64,000 nt of DNA from an uncultured Alphaproteobacteria bacterium (GTDB lineage: Bacteria; Pseudomonadota; Alphaproteobacteria; Methylaequorales; Methylaequoraceae), in NCBI GenBank assembly GCA_902522465.1, contig CABYVV010000001.1, positions 90,060 to 154,059 of the forward strand, read 5' to 3'. Of the stretch, positions 29,224 through 37,463 are shown in pieces. Each line of letters opens with the position of its first letter. Position 1 is the stretch's first letter. Position numbers and translations under genes: made by a program. The notes beneath the pieces are model-generated. The model had not been told where the DNA came from. It ran no database searches and saw only the letters and a list, made by a program, of their open reading frames with translations.

Positions 29224-30566
29224 AATTCTTTTATTAGTTCTAAAAGCGCTCTTATACCCATAGCCTCGCCACCTTCGTATGAACTAAATTTATTTGCTCT
29301 TGTCCAAGCCATAAGGTCAATATGAATCCATGGAATATTTTTTACGAATTTTTGTAAGAATAATGCAGCTGTAATCGCTCCGCCAAACATACTGTTTCCT
29401 ATATTTTTAAAATCTGCATGTTGAGAGTTAAGCTGACTTGAATAATTTTCCCATAATGGTAATTGCCAAAGTGGATCGCCAGTTTTTTGAGAAATGTCAA
29501 TCAATTTCATGGCTAAATCATCATCGTTACAAAAGAAACTCGGCACATCAATTCCCATTGCAACCCTTGAAGCACCTGTTAAGGTAGCCATGTCAATTAT
29601 TAAATCAGCGTTTTTTTCACATGCATAGGTAATTGCATCCGCAAGTATAAGCCTTCCCTCCGCATCAGTGTCTCCAACTTCAACATAACTTCCTTCTCTA
29701 CTTTTAATGATATCTGAGGGCCTAATTGATTTTTTTGATATTGAATTCTCAACTAAACATAGTAACAAAGTAAGATCTACATTAACATCAAATTCACCAA
29801 TTAACTTTGCCAGACCAATACAATTGGCTGCACCTCCCATATCCTTTTTCATTAAAGACATTCCTGCTCCTGTTTTAATATTTAAACCGCCGGTATCAAA
29901 GGAAACACCCTTACCTATTAAAAAAACTTTTTTTTTGGACTTACTTTTCTTCAATCTAAATTCACTGAATAATGGCTGCTTATTTTTATCGGCACCCTGT
30001 CCAACAGCTGAAATCAGTGGAAATTGGTTTTTAAGTTTTTCCCCTGAAACTGATCCTATGTAGTTAAATTTTTTAAGAAATTTTTTTGCAGATTGTAATA
30101 TCTCATAAGGACCCAAAATATTTGCAGGAGTATTTATTAAATCCCTAGTAAAAAAATACGATTCACAAATTGAATTCACTTCTTTTTCGAGATGATGGTA
30201 AATTTTTGCATAATCTTTTTTTTTCTTTTTAGATTTATATTTTTCAAAATTATAACTAGCTAATGACCATCCTAAAAAAAAATTTTTGATATCTGTCTTC
30301 TCACACCCGAAGTAATCAACAAAAAAATTTCCGGATTGACATAGATTTCTAATAGCTTGTCCTATGAGTAATAACTTATAATTTCTTTGCAGACTGTTAA
30401 AATGTGATATCTTTGAGAGATTAATTAAAATTCCTTCATCTGATTTATAAATTGAATATGAAGAGTATTCTTCGAATTTAACTGCCTTAAAATTTTTTGG
30501 AATTTGATCCTTGGAAAAAAAGAGAGAAATAGGAGTTTTTTTTATTTGTTTTCTTTTACTTGTCAT
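29220..30566 (-). CDS. Leucyl aminopeptidase family protein (peptidase M17)
   Basis: 448-aa ORF with M17 signatures KGVSFDTGG and GDTDAEGRLILAD. Confidence 0.88.
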   Translation of the reverse strand: MTSKRKQIKKTPISLFFSKDQIPKNFKAVKFEEYSSYSIYKSDEGILINLSKISHFNSLQRNYKLLLIGQAIRNLCQSGNFFVDYFGCEKTDIKNFFLGWSLASYNFEKYKSKKKKKDYAKIYHHLEKEVNSICESYFFTRDLINTPANILGPYEILQSAKKFLKKFNYIGSVSGEKLKNQFPLISAVGQGADKNKQPLFSEFRLKKSKSKKKVFLIGKGVSFDTGGLNIKTGAGMSLMKKDMGGAANCIGLAKLIGEFDVNVDLTLLLCLVENSISKKSIRPSDIIKSREGSYVEVGDTDAEGRLILADAITYACEKNADLIIDMATLTGASRVAMGIDVPSFFCNDDDLAMKLIDISQKTGDPLWQLPLWENYSSQLNSQHADFKNIGNSMFGGAITAALFLQKFVKNIPWIHIDLMAWTRANKFSSYEGGEAMGIRALLELIKEF

Positions 30567-30619
30567 TATTTTCTAAGAAATATATATTTGTTTTGTTTAA
30601 AGCAATAGAAAAAAGGGGA

Positions 30620-32038
30620 ATGATGAAATTTTTTAATAAATTTAATACTTTTATACTAACACTTATCACAATAAATTTTAATCCAGATATTATTTTAGCA
30701 GCTGATGCTTCATCTGGTCCAACATCACTAAATATGATTTTTAGTCCAGTGGGTGTTTTTTGCATACTGATTTTTATTATTGCATATGGCTTCGTTATGG
30801 CGGAAGAATTTACCCATTTTCGAAAATCCAAACCAGTAATTTTAGCTGCTACAATAATTTGGGTTGTAATCGCCTATGTAGCTTCACAAGACCCCTCCAT
30901 TTCTCCAAAGTGGGCTGAAACACAGTTCAGGCACGTTGTACTAGAATTTGCGGAACTATTCTTCTTTTTGTTTGTTGCTATGGCTTATGTCAATTCTCTT
31001 ACTGAAAGAAGAATGTTTGATGCTCTGTGTTCATGGCTATCAAATAATAATTTTAGCTATAAAAAAATTTTTTTAATTTCAGGAGTTATAGCCTTTTTTC
31101 TTTCTCCTATTGCTGATAATTTAACCACCGCACTAATACTTGGAACAGTTGTAATGGTTGCTGGAAGAGGTAATAAAGCTTTTATAGTTCCAGGACTTAT
31201 AAACATAGTCGTTGCTGCAAATGCAGGTGGCGCATTTTCACCATTTGGTGATATCACAACCCTGATGGTATGGCAAAGAGGATTCGTTTCATTTTTTGAT
31301 TTCTTCAATATTTTTATTCCATCAGTTGTTAATTATGTTGTCCCAGCTGCTATAATGTACTTCGCAATTCCTAATGAAGTTCCAAAAGGTGATGGTAAAA
31401 AAGCACAAATACTTCCAGGAGGTAAAGTCATTGCCTTTTTAGGTATCTTAACAATTAGTTTAACTGTTACAGGTCACAATTTTCTTCACATGCCACCGAT
31501 TCTTGGTATGATGTTTGGGTTAGGCATGTTAGGAACCTACGGATACTTTTTGAAAACAAAATATCCTGATAAAAATAAATTCGATATTTTTGTAATAACT
31601 GGTAGAGCCGAATGGGATACTCTTTTATTCTTTTATGGAATATTAGTTGCTGTAGGCGGTCTTGCATCTCTTGGATATTTACAACTTATCTCTGGGCCTA
31701 TGTATGAAACGCTTGGTCCTACCAATGCTAACATTTTGGTAGGTATTCTTTCAGCTATTATCGATAACATCCCTATTGTGTATGCAGTCTTAACCGCTCA
31801 TCCTGCAATGGATATGGGGCAATGGTTACTAATTACCCTAACTGCAGGTACTGGTGGTTCTTTATTATCTATTGGCTCAGCAGCTGGAGTTGCGTTAATG
31901 GGCCAAGCTAGAGGTGTCTACACATTTTTTGCACATTTAAAATGGGCGTGGGCAATATTATTAGGATACGCTGCTTGTGTTGTTGTTCACTTATGGATGA
32001 ATGCTCATTTATTTGATTTAGTTCCACTTGAAAGATAA
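30620..32038 (+). CDS. NhaD/ArsB-family ion transporter (probable Na+/H+ antiporter NhaD)
   Basis: Polytopic membrane protein with more than 10 hydrophobic segments and a pattern like NhaD-type antiporters. I prefer the ATG at 30620, preceded by AAGGGG, to the TTG at 30560, which overlaps the divergent M17 peptidase start. Confidence 0.65.
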   Translation: MMKFFNKFNTFILTLITINFNPDIILAADASSGPTSLNMIFSPVGVFCILIFIIAYGFVMAEEFTHFRKSKPVILAATIIWVVIAYVASQDPSISPKWAETQFRHVVLEFAELFFFLFVAMAYVNSLTERRMFDALCSWLSNNNFSYKKIFLISGVIAFFLSPIADNLTTALILGTVVMVAGRGNKAFIVPGLINIVVAANAGGAFSPFGDITTLMVWQRGFVSFFDFFNIFIPSVVNYVVPAAIMYFAIPNEVPKGDGKKAQILPGGKVIAFLGILTISLTVTGHNFLHMPPILGMMFGLGMLGTYGYFLKTKYPDKNKFDIFVITGRAEWDTLLFFYGILVAVGGLASLGYLQLISGPMYETLGPTNANILVGILSAIIDNIPIVYAVLTAHPAMDMGQWLLITLTAGTGGSLLSIGSAAGVALMGQARGVYTFFAHLKWAWAILLGYAACVVVHLWMNAHLFDLVPLER

Positions 32039-32196
32039 AATTATCACTAATAGCTATTGATTTCTTGATTAATTAATTTCGAGGTAGAAAATTTTCGGAG
32101 AGCTTCTTTGCTAAATGGTAGTTACAATTGTGTGCCAAAATACACTTAGGTAAAATAGAATAGTGTTGGTTATGCGATTATTTCTAAAATATTACT

Positions 32197-34710
32197 TTAC
32201 CAAGTCAGCTTCATTCCACCAAAGATAGTCAATGGCTGGCCTGGTGTTACAAATGTACCACTACCACCCGTTCCATCAACTTCATTCTCAGCTAGAACGC
32301 CTCCAGTCTCAAAGTTGGTGTCTAGAAGATTTCTACCTTCGAAGAAAAAAGTTGTGCTAAATCCATCCCCGTTAGAGTTATTTATAGGTACTGAATATTC
32401 TGCAGATGCATTTAACAAGAAATATCCTGGAACTTGCTTTCCTTCATTATTGTTTTCATCTCCTCTATAAAACTGCCTTGAGTTATATTCCGTATCAACA
32501 AATAAATTCAGACCGTCCACAGGAGTGTACCCAATACCAACTCTACCAATATGAGGTGAAACTCCAGGAATTGTATCGCCGGGACCTATTTGGATTTGGT
32601 ACGCCTCTCTAGCTTCACAAGACTCTTGATCTGCTTCAGCAGCTGCATCACCGCCTCCTCCATATTCTTCAGGTCCATCACATGGATGTGGATTAGATCC
32701 ATGACCTGCGCTTGCTATTAGTTGATGGGTCTCAAATGATGCTCTTACGTATGAATAGTTTCCATACCAAGACCATTTTTTACCTAACATACCATTAAAT
32801 GCTAATTCGGTACCCATTCTTTGAGTATTACCGACATTTCTAAAGTAACCAGTTCCCACTCTATTACCACCAATGAATATTATATCATTGAAGTTTCTTC
32901 CAGCAAAAGCAGTAGCATTCCATTTTATATTATGGTCCATACCGAACAAACTATATGAGTTTGTTACGCCTCTTGCTCCGAATTCTAAACTTCTGTTTTT
33001 TACTTGATCTAGTGGAGGGTCAGCTTGAAAGGAATTGGGTAACCTGCAGGGTTGGTTAGGATCTGCGCAACCAAGTTCCGCAACGGATGGAGTACGACTC
33101 GATTCTTTGTAAGTTGCATAAATTGTTGTGTTGCCAATTAACCCTGTATCTCCTAGTTTTCGTGTGACACCAATTCCTGGGTTAAATTCGTTAAAAAAAT
33201 GATGACCTTCTAACGCCGTCGAATATTGATCATCCATTTTTAAAGATGCCCAATTCCACCTACCAGATAAGTTTATAGATGTTACATCATCCAAATCAAT
33301 TGTGTTACTTCCGTACAAAGCTAAATTGTGAGTTGTCGCTTCAAGATTTGTTATAAATATATTTTCTCCTTCTGAATCTTGACTTAACAGAACTCCAGTA
33401 CCTTGAACACCTCTGTCGTCTTGAATAATTCCAAGTTCTGTAGAGGCACCAAAACTATTATGTGAATATTCATAATTAATACCGGTAATTAGGGTGTTAT
33501 TTTTATTGATAAAATCATAATCGAAGGTTGACTGAAAATTTAATCCCATTTGATTTTGTTTTGTGTTGGATCTATTAATTGCACCAATATCATCAACTTC
33601 ATTCTCGTCGTCTTCAAGCTCTAAGCCGAGCTTAGTGTAGTCAATTGCCTGTCCTGCCACGTCTAAATATTGTTCATCAGAACCACCAGTCACCTCTAAC
33701 TCAGAGCAAAGAATACCATCAGCAGTGCCCTTAGTGAAATTATAACCTTTACCACAATCACCTGCTTCAAATTCATCCCCGTTATAGTTCCTTCTTTCCA
33801 TGTGACGATAGTAAATATTTCCTTGAATAGATAATTTGTTATTTACAAAATGATTGCCGCCGAAATTTGCATAATAATTTTTATTATGGGTGTTGTCAGG
33901 ATAAGTGTAAACGGCATCTCTTCCTTCCAGATCCATCAATGTCAGTGGGACTGCTCCGTTTCCCCTTAAATCTGTATAAGCTTGCCCAAAATTAACAAAT
34001 AATTCAGTATCATCATTTGGCCTGTATCTAACATCACCAAAAACAGTATTAAGATAAGATTCTGAGTGATCTCTATAACCGTTATCATAATTGAAATTTG
34101 CACCTAAATATATTCCAAAATCTTTATATTGTTTGCCATACTCCAATATTTCGTTTGTTCGACCATGACTACCACCGGAAGTTGTTATGGTAGCACCTTG
34201 AAAATTAAAACCATTCTTCATTTCCATTGTAATTGCACCACCGATTGCATTTTGACCAAATACAGGATCACCCCCTGTGAAAATTTGCATGCTGTGAGTT
34301 GCAAAATCAGGAACTAAATCCCACTGCACAACTTCGCCAAATGACTCATTAATCCTCATGCCATTTTGATAAACAGCAATTGATTGTGCTGTCCCAAGGA
34401 GCGGACCACCTACGTAACCTCTAAAATTAATGTCATTCTGCATTGGAGAACTATTTAAGTTAAACAGAGAAATTCCAGTAGTCTCCCTATTAAGTGTTTC
34501 TGTAATCGACAAGTTCTTCTTTTTACCGATTTGTTCTCGACTGATTGTTTGAATTTTTCCTGGCACTCGGTCGATGCTTAGACCTGAACCTTGAACTGGA
34601 GTAACTGAAATGATGTTAACATCAGGAACTACAAATGTTTTGTCTTGAGAAAAACATACGCCTGAAGAAAAAAGAAAAAAACTAAATGTTAAAAACTTTT
34701 GGATATTCAT
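32197..34710 (-). CDS. TonB-dependent outer-membrane receptor
   Basis: 837-aa ORF with a signal peptide (MNIQKFLTFSFFLFSSGVCFSQ), a plug domain (NFRGY..., IAVYQNGMRINE) and a Gly/Tyr/Asn-rich beta-barrel ending GGMKLTW. It also has several Cys-pair loops. Confidence 0.9.
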   Translation of the reverse strand: MNIQKFLTFSFFLFSSGVCFSQDKTFVVPDVNIISVTPVQGSGLSIDRVPGKIQTISREQIGKKKNLSITETLNRETTGISLFNLNSSPMQNDINFRGYVGGPLLGTAQSIAVYQNGMRINESFGEVVQWDLVPDFATHSMQIFTGGDPVFGQNAIGGAITMEMKNGFNFQGATITTSGGSHGRTNEILEYGKQYKDFGIYLGANFNYDNGYRDHSESYLNTVFGDVRYRPNDDTELFVNFGQAYTDLRGNGAVPLTLMDLEGRDAVYTYPDNTHNKNYYANFGGNHFVNNKLSIQGNIYYRHMERRNYNGDEFEAGDCGKGYNFTKGTADGILCSELEVTGGSDEQYLDVAGQAIDYTKLGLELEDDENEVDDIGAINRSNTKQNQMGLNFQSTFDYDFINKNNTLITGINYEYSHNSFGASTELGIIQDDRGVQGTGVLLSQDSEGENIFITNLEATTHNLALYGSNTIDLDDVTSINLSGRWNWASLKMDDQYSTALEGHHFFNEFNPGIGVTRKLGDTGLIGNTTIYATYKESSRTPSVAELGCADPNQPCRLPNSFQADPPLDQVKNRSLEFGARGVTNSYSLFGMDHNIKWNATAFAGRNFNDIIFIGGNRVGTGYFRNVGNTQRMGTELAFNGMLGKKWSWYGNYSYVRASFETHQLIASAGHGSNPHPCDGPEEYGGGGDAAAEADQESCEAREAYQIQIGPGDTIPGVSPHIGRVGIGYTPVDGLNLFVDTEYNSRQFYRGDENNNEGKQVPGYFLLNASAEYSVPINNSNGDGFSTTFFFEGRNLLDTNFETGGVLAENEVDGTGGSGTFVTPGQPLTIFGGMKLTW

Positions 34711-34720
34711 TATATTTACG

Positions 34721-34733
34721 TGATAAACATTCT
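34721..34733 (-). promoter_or_regulatory. Fur-box-like sequence upstream of the TonB-dependent receptor gene (weak call)
   Basis: TGATAAACATTCT matches 11/13 positions of the TGATAATCATTAT core of the classical Fur box. On the gene strand it overlaps a -10-like TAGAAT. It lies 11-23 nt upstream of the receptor start codon. Confidence 0.3.
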
Positions 34734-34793
34734 AAAAAAATTAAAGAACATTTTAACTTGTAAATTTGAATTTTTAAAGCTAAATAAACAATA

Positions 34794-35240
34794 ATGTTAG
34801 GTATATTTGAAAAATTAAAAGAAAACAACTGCAACTTCAGTGAGATTTCTTCCTCTGACAAAGCAGTACTTATCACCACACTTTTGATTGAATGCGCAAA
34901 AAGTGATGACGAATTCTCAGATAAAGAAAAAAATCAAATAAAAAGAATTCTTCAAAACAAACTTCATTTAGATGAAAAAGAAGCCCAGGACTGCTTTCAA
35001 AAAGCAGATGAAAATTCAAACGAAAGCGTTGAAATTTATTCTTTAACAAAAGATATTAGAAACAATTTTTCTAAAGAAGAAATTCTTTTAATTTTTGAAT
35101 ATTTATGGAAAATCATTCTATCAGACGGAATCATTGACGACTTTGAATCCTCTATGATGACAAAATTAACAGGGCTTTTTCACTTAACTGGAAAAGAAAG
35201 TTCCGAAGCCAAAAATAACGCTAAATCTTCAATCAACTAA
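34794..35240 (+). CDS. TerB-like (tellurite-resistance TerB / DjlA N-terminal type) protein
   Basis: 148-aa acidic helical ORF. The pattern ...LLIECAKSDDEFSDKEKNQI...ILSDGIIDDFESSMM... matches the two-repeat layout of TerB-family proteins. Confidence 0.55.
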   Translation: MLGIFEKLKENNCNFSEISSSDKAVLITTLLIECAKSDDEFSDKEKNQIKRILQNKLHLDEKEAQDCFQKADENSNESVEIYSLTKDIRNNFSKEEILLIFEYLWKIILSDGIIDDFESSMMTKLTGLFHLTGKESSEAKNNAKSSIN

Positions 35241-35522
35241 AATATTAACTTTTTTAATTTTTAAATTCTTTCTCGTTTTCTCAAATTTTTTTCTATTTTT
35301 AATTGACTTTGTGTGAACTCTCTTTCTCCATAACTTAAAACTGCTTGGTTTTAATTTACTCCTCATAATTTTTATTACATCCGGTTCTCTTTTACCTGTC
35401 TTTTCATATATCTCTTCAAATGTAATTCTATCCGCCCACGCAGCCCAAATTATCCAGTCAGGATCTCTGATTTGCGGTTCTTTATTCTTAACCTTAGTTT
35501 GGGGTCTATTTTCTTTCTTCAC
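35229..35522 (-). CDS. DUF2805 / TIGR03643-family small basic protein
   Basis: 97-aa ORF. The core IIWAAWADRITFEEIYEKTGKREPDVIKIMRSKLKPSSFKLWRKRV matches the family pattern I recall (MAWEDRTPFE...LMR..LKPSSFRLWRKRV). Confidence 0.6.
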   Translation of the reverse strand: MKKENRPQTKVKNKEPQIRDPDWIIWAAWADRITFEEIYEKTGKREPDVIKIMRSKLKPSSFKLWRKRVHTKSIKNRKKFEKTRKNLKIKKVNILVD

Positions 35523-35527
35523 GAGTA

Positions 35528-36070
35528 CTAAAATAACTCTGCTTCAATTAAATCCAATTGAGCACTGAAGTCTTTTCCAAAGGCAACAAAACCAATGCTT
35601 TTAATTTCTGATGAGTTAAAAGATGATGGTTGATAAAAATTTGACTTGTCGAAATCTTTAAAAAAAACTCTAATTTCTGTCCACTCATCGGTAACAAAAA
35701 ATTTTCCTGAATAATACTGCCAAGGTAGAAGTAAAAAATGAGTTCTTACATGTATAAAATATTCACTAGGGTGGCCTTTAACTTTTATCCTAATTCCTTC
35801 ATATTCTCGGTTATCAGATTGAAAGTTTGAGCGAAACTGAATAAATCCTCCATTATTTTTGGTGCTAACATCGCCTGAAAGTCTCAAAAATTTCTCATTT
35901 TCATCTTTAATCAAATCTAATTTACCAGTAGAGAGACCTCCCATGACTTGATCGCTTACAAATTCCCATTTATTTTTAAAGTTTTCTAATTTATTTTTAT
36001 CAAGTAAATCCATTGCATTTATTTTATTAACAAATATAAGAATAGATATAATTACCAATTGGAGTTTCAT
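35528..36070 (-). CDS. CIA30 (complex I intermediate-associated protein 30)-domain protein with an N-terminal signal peptide
   Basis: 180-aa ORF. It has the signal-like N-terminus MKLQLVIISILIFVNKINA, then WEFVSDQVMGGLSTGKL...LRLSGDVSTKNNGGFIQFR, typical of the CIA30 domain. Confidence 0.7.
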   Translation of the reverse strand: MKLQLVIISILIFVNKINAMDLLDKNKLENFKNKWEFVSDQVMGGLSTGKLDLIKDENEKFLRLSGDVSTKNNGGFIQFRSNFQSDNREYEGIRIKVKGHPSEYFIHVRTHFLLLPWQYYSGKFFVTDEWTEIRVFFKDFDKSNFYQPSSFNSSEIKSIGFVAFGKDFSAQLDLIEAELF

Positions 36071-36133
36071 CTTAAAATATTATCATGAACAAAATTAAAA
36101 ATCTAATATCACTTGTAAAATTTGTGGGGTTAA

Positions 36134-36604
36134 ATGGTCAATAAAGAAATAGAAAATTTAGTAACTTTTACTCAGCAAAAATGGGCTAAAACCGTTTTAG
36201 AAATTGGAAAGGCTTACAGAAGTAAATCCAGCTTAGAAAATTTAATTTCTGAACTATTAAACAATATATATGCATTTAATTATTGTGAAGTTTTATTTAA
36301 GCCTACTCTAGCAAAGAATGTTCAATTTCGTTCAACAAGAGAGGAATTTGAATCTTATTTTTTAGGTCAAAATAATATATGTAAAGAAGACGATGGATTT
36401 GCTGTTAAAGACTGGAAATCGATAAAATTTGAAAATTATAAAATTATTGAGCACAATGATTATTTACTTTCAATGGGAAATTATTACTTTATTGACGATA
36501 AAAATAAATCGCTTAAAGTAGAATATACATTTGGTTTTATACGAACAGATAAGAAAGAACTAAGAATTAATTTGCATCATTCCTCTTTACCCTATAACGA
36601 ATAA
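36134..36604 (+). CDS. Hypothetical protein, possibly an NTF2-like (SnoaL/DUF4440-type) fold
   Basis: 156-aa ORF with plausible coding character and a GGGG Shine-Dalgarno-like element upstream. The fold guess rests only on its length and alternating pattern (W..A...GD...L...Y......F.PT ... Y.F...). Confidence 0.4.
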   Translation: MVNKEIENLVTFTQQKWAKTVLEIGKAYRSKSSLENLISELLNNIYAFNYCEVLFKPTLAKNVQFRSTREEFESYFLGQNNICKEDDGFAVKDWKSIKFENYKIIEHNDYLLSMGNYYFIDDKNKSLKVEYTFGFIRTDKKELRINLHHSSLPYNE

Positions 36605-36782
36605 AGTAGAGATTAATTTAAAAGTCACTTAATCATAGAAATTATACTTCAAATTTAAATCTTACATATACGGTTATCATAAAGAACTACAACCTGCATA
36701 AAATAAATTTACAACACACTTCAATTCGAATGTGCTAGATGATAAAACTACAATAATTTCATAATCTAATAATTTTTTTTAA

Positions 36783-37463
36783 ATGAACAAAAGTATAATC
36801 ACAAATTTAACTACCCTTTTAATCACAATCTACGGTGCATTCTCTCCGGTCTATTCAGCAGAAATTTTTATGGCAGGTCTCTTTGGTTTATCTGGAGGAC
36901 TAACTAACTGGATAGCAATCCATATGCTTTTTGAAAAAATTCCATTTTTATTTGGTTCAGGTGTAATTCCACTTAGATTCAAAGAACTAAAAGAGGGTAT
37001 TAGAAATCTAATTATGCATGAGTTTTTCTCAACTGATTCTTTATCAAAGATATCAATGAATAATAATCTTTTTCTAGAAAATATATTCAATAAGATAGAC
37101 TATGAAATACTTTTTAAAAAGTTTGTAGAGTCCATAAAAGAATCATCACTTGGCTCAATGTTAAATATGGTTGGTGGCGAGAAAGCACTTGAACCATTAA
37201 GGGAGCCATTAAAAAAAAAAATTAAAGAAGCAATTGATGATTTACAAGAAACTAATTCCTTAGGAAAAGAGGAAATTTCACTTGCAATTAGAAATGAAAT
37301 TGAAAATTTAATCGATTCCAGATTAAACGAACTTTCACCTGAACAAATAAAAGTAATTATTAAAGACATTATACATAAACATCTTGGATGGTTGGTTGTA
37401 TGGGGAGGAGTTTTTGGATTTCTGATAGGTTTAGTTCTTGGATTCCTGGGAGGAGTAAGTTGA
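36783..37463 (+). CDS. DUF445-family membrane protein
   Basis: 226-aa ORF with the motif GLSGGLTNWIAIHMLFEKIP (DUF445 GG.TNW.A..MLF.P) and a terminal TM helix. Confidence 0.65.
   Translation: MNKSIITNLTTLLITIYGAFSPVYSAEIFMAGLFGLSGGLTNWIAIHMLFEKIPFLFGSGVIPLRFKELKEGIRNLIMHEFFSTDSLSKISMNNNLFLENIFNKIDYEILFKKFVESIKESSLGSMLNMVGGEKALEPLREPLKKKIKEAIDDLQETNSLGKEEISLAIRNEIENLIDSRLNELSPEQIKVIIKDIIHKHLGWLVVWGGVFGFLIGLVLGFLGGVS

Noticed and set aside
29707-30063. A 118-aa plus-strand ORF inside the M17 aminopeptidase gene.
   Set aside because: It is antisense to a CDS with clear catalytic motifs. It has no recognisable motifs and a shadow-frame composition.
32096-32102. CGGAGAG in the nhaD/receptor spacer, matching 7 nt of the tRNA-Ser 3' end, as a possible attachment-site remnant.
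   Set aside because: Only 7 nt match, the flanks do not, and no integrase is present. This is compatible with chance.
32197-34710. Elevated G+C of the TonB-dependent receptor gene (and of the lipoprotein gene 3748-4923) as evidence of horizontal transfer.
   Set aside because: Hand counts of single 60-nt lines gave about 47-53% in these genes. Conserved core genes such as nrdA and nhaD gave about 45-47% in sampled lines too. The signal may reflect amino-acid composition (Gly/Ala/Pro) rather than foreign origin. It needs a proper GC3 and tetranucleotide calculation.
36085-36144. A 19-codon mini-ORF (MNKIKNLISLVKFVGLNGQ) overlapping the start of the NTF2-like gene.
   Set aside because: It has no Shine-Dalgarno element, is very short, and sits in an AT-rich spacer where such ORFs arise by chance.
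37388-37459. ATG-initiated 24-residue N-terminal extension of SelO, overlapping DUF445 by 76 nt.
   Set aside because: The extension (MVGCMGRSFWISDRFSSWIPGRSK) is not SelO-like. A TTG with a strong GGAGGAG element sits exactly where homology begins.
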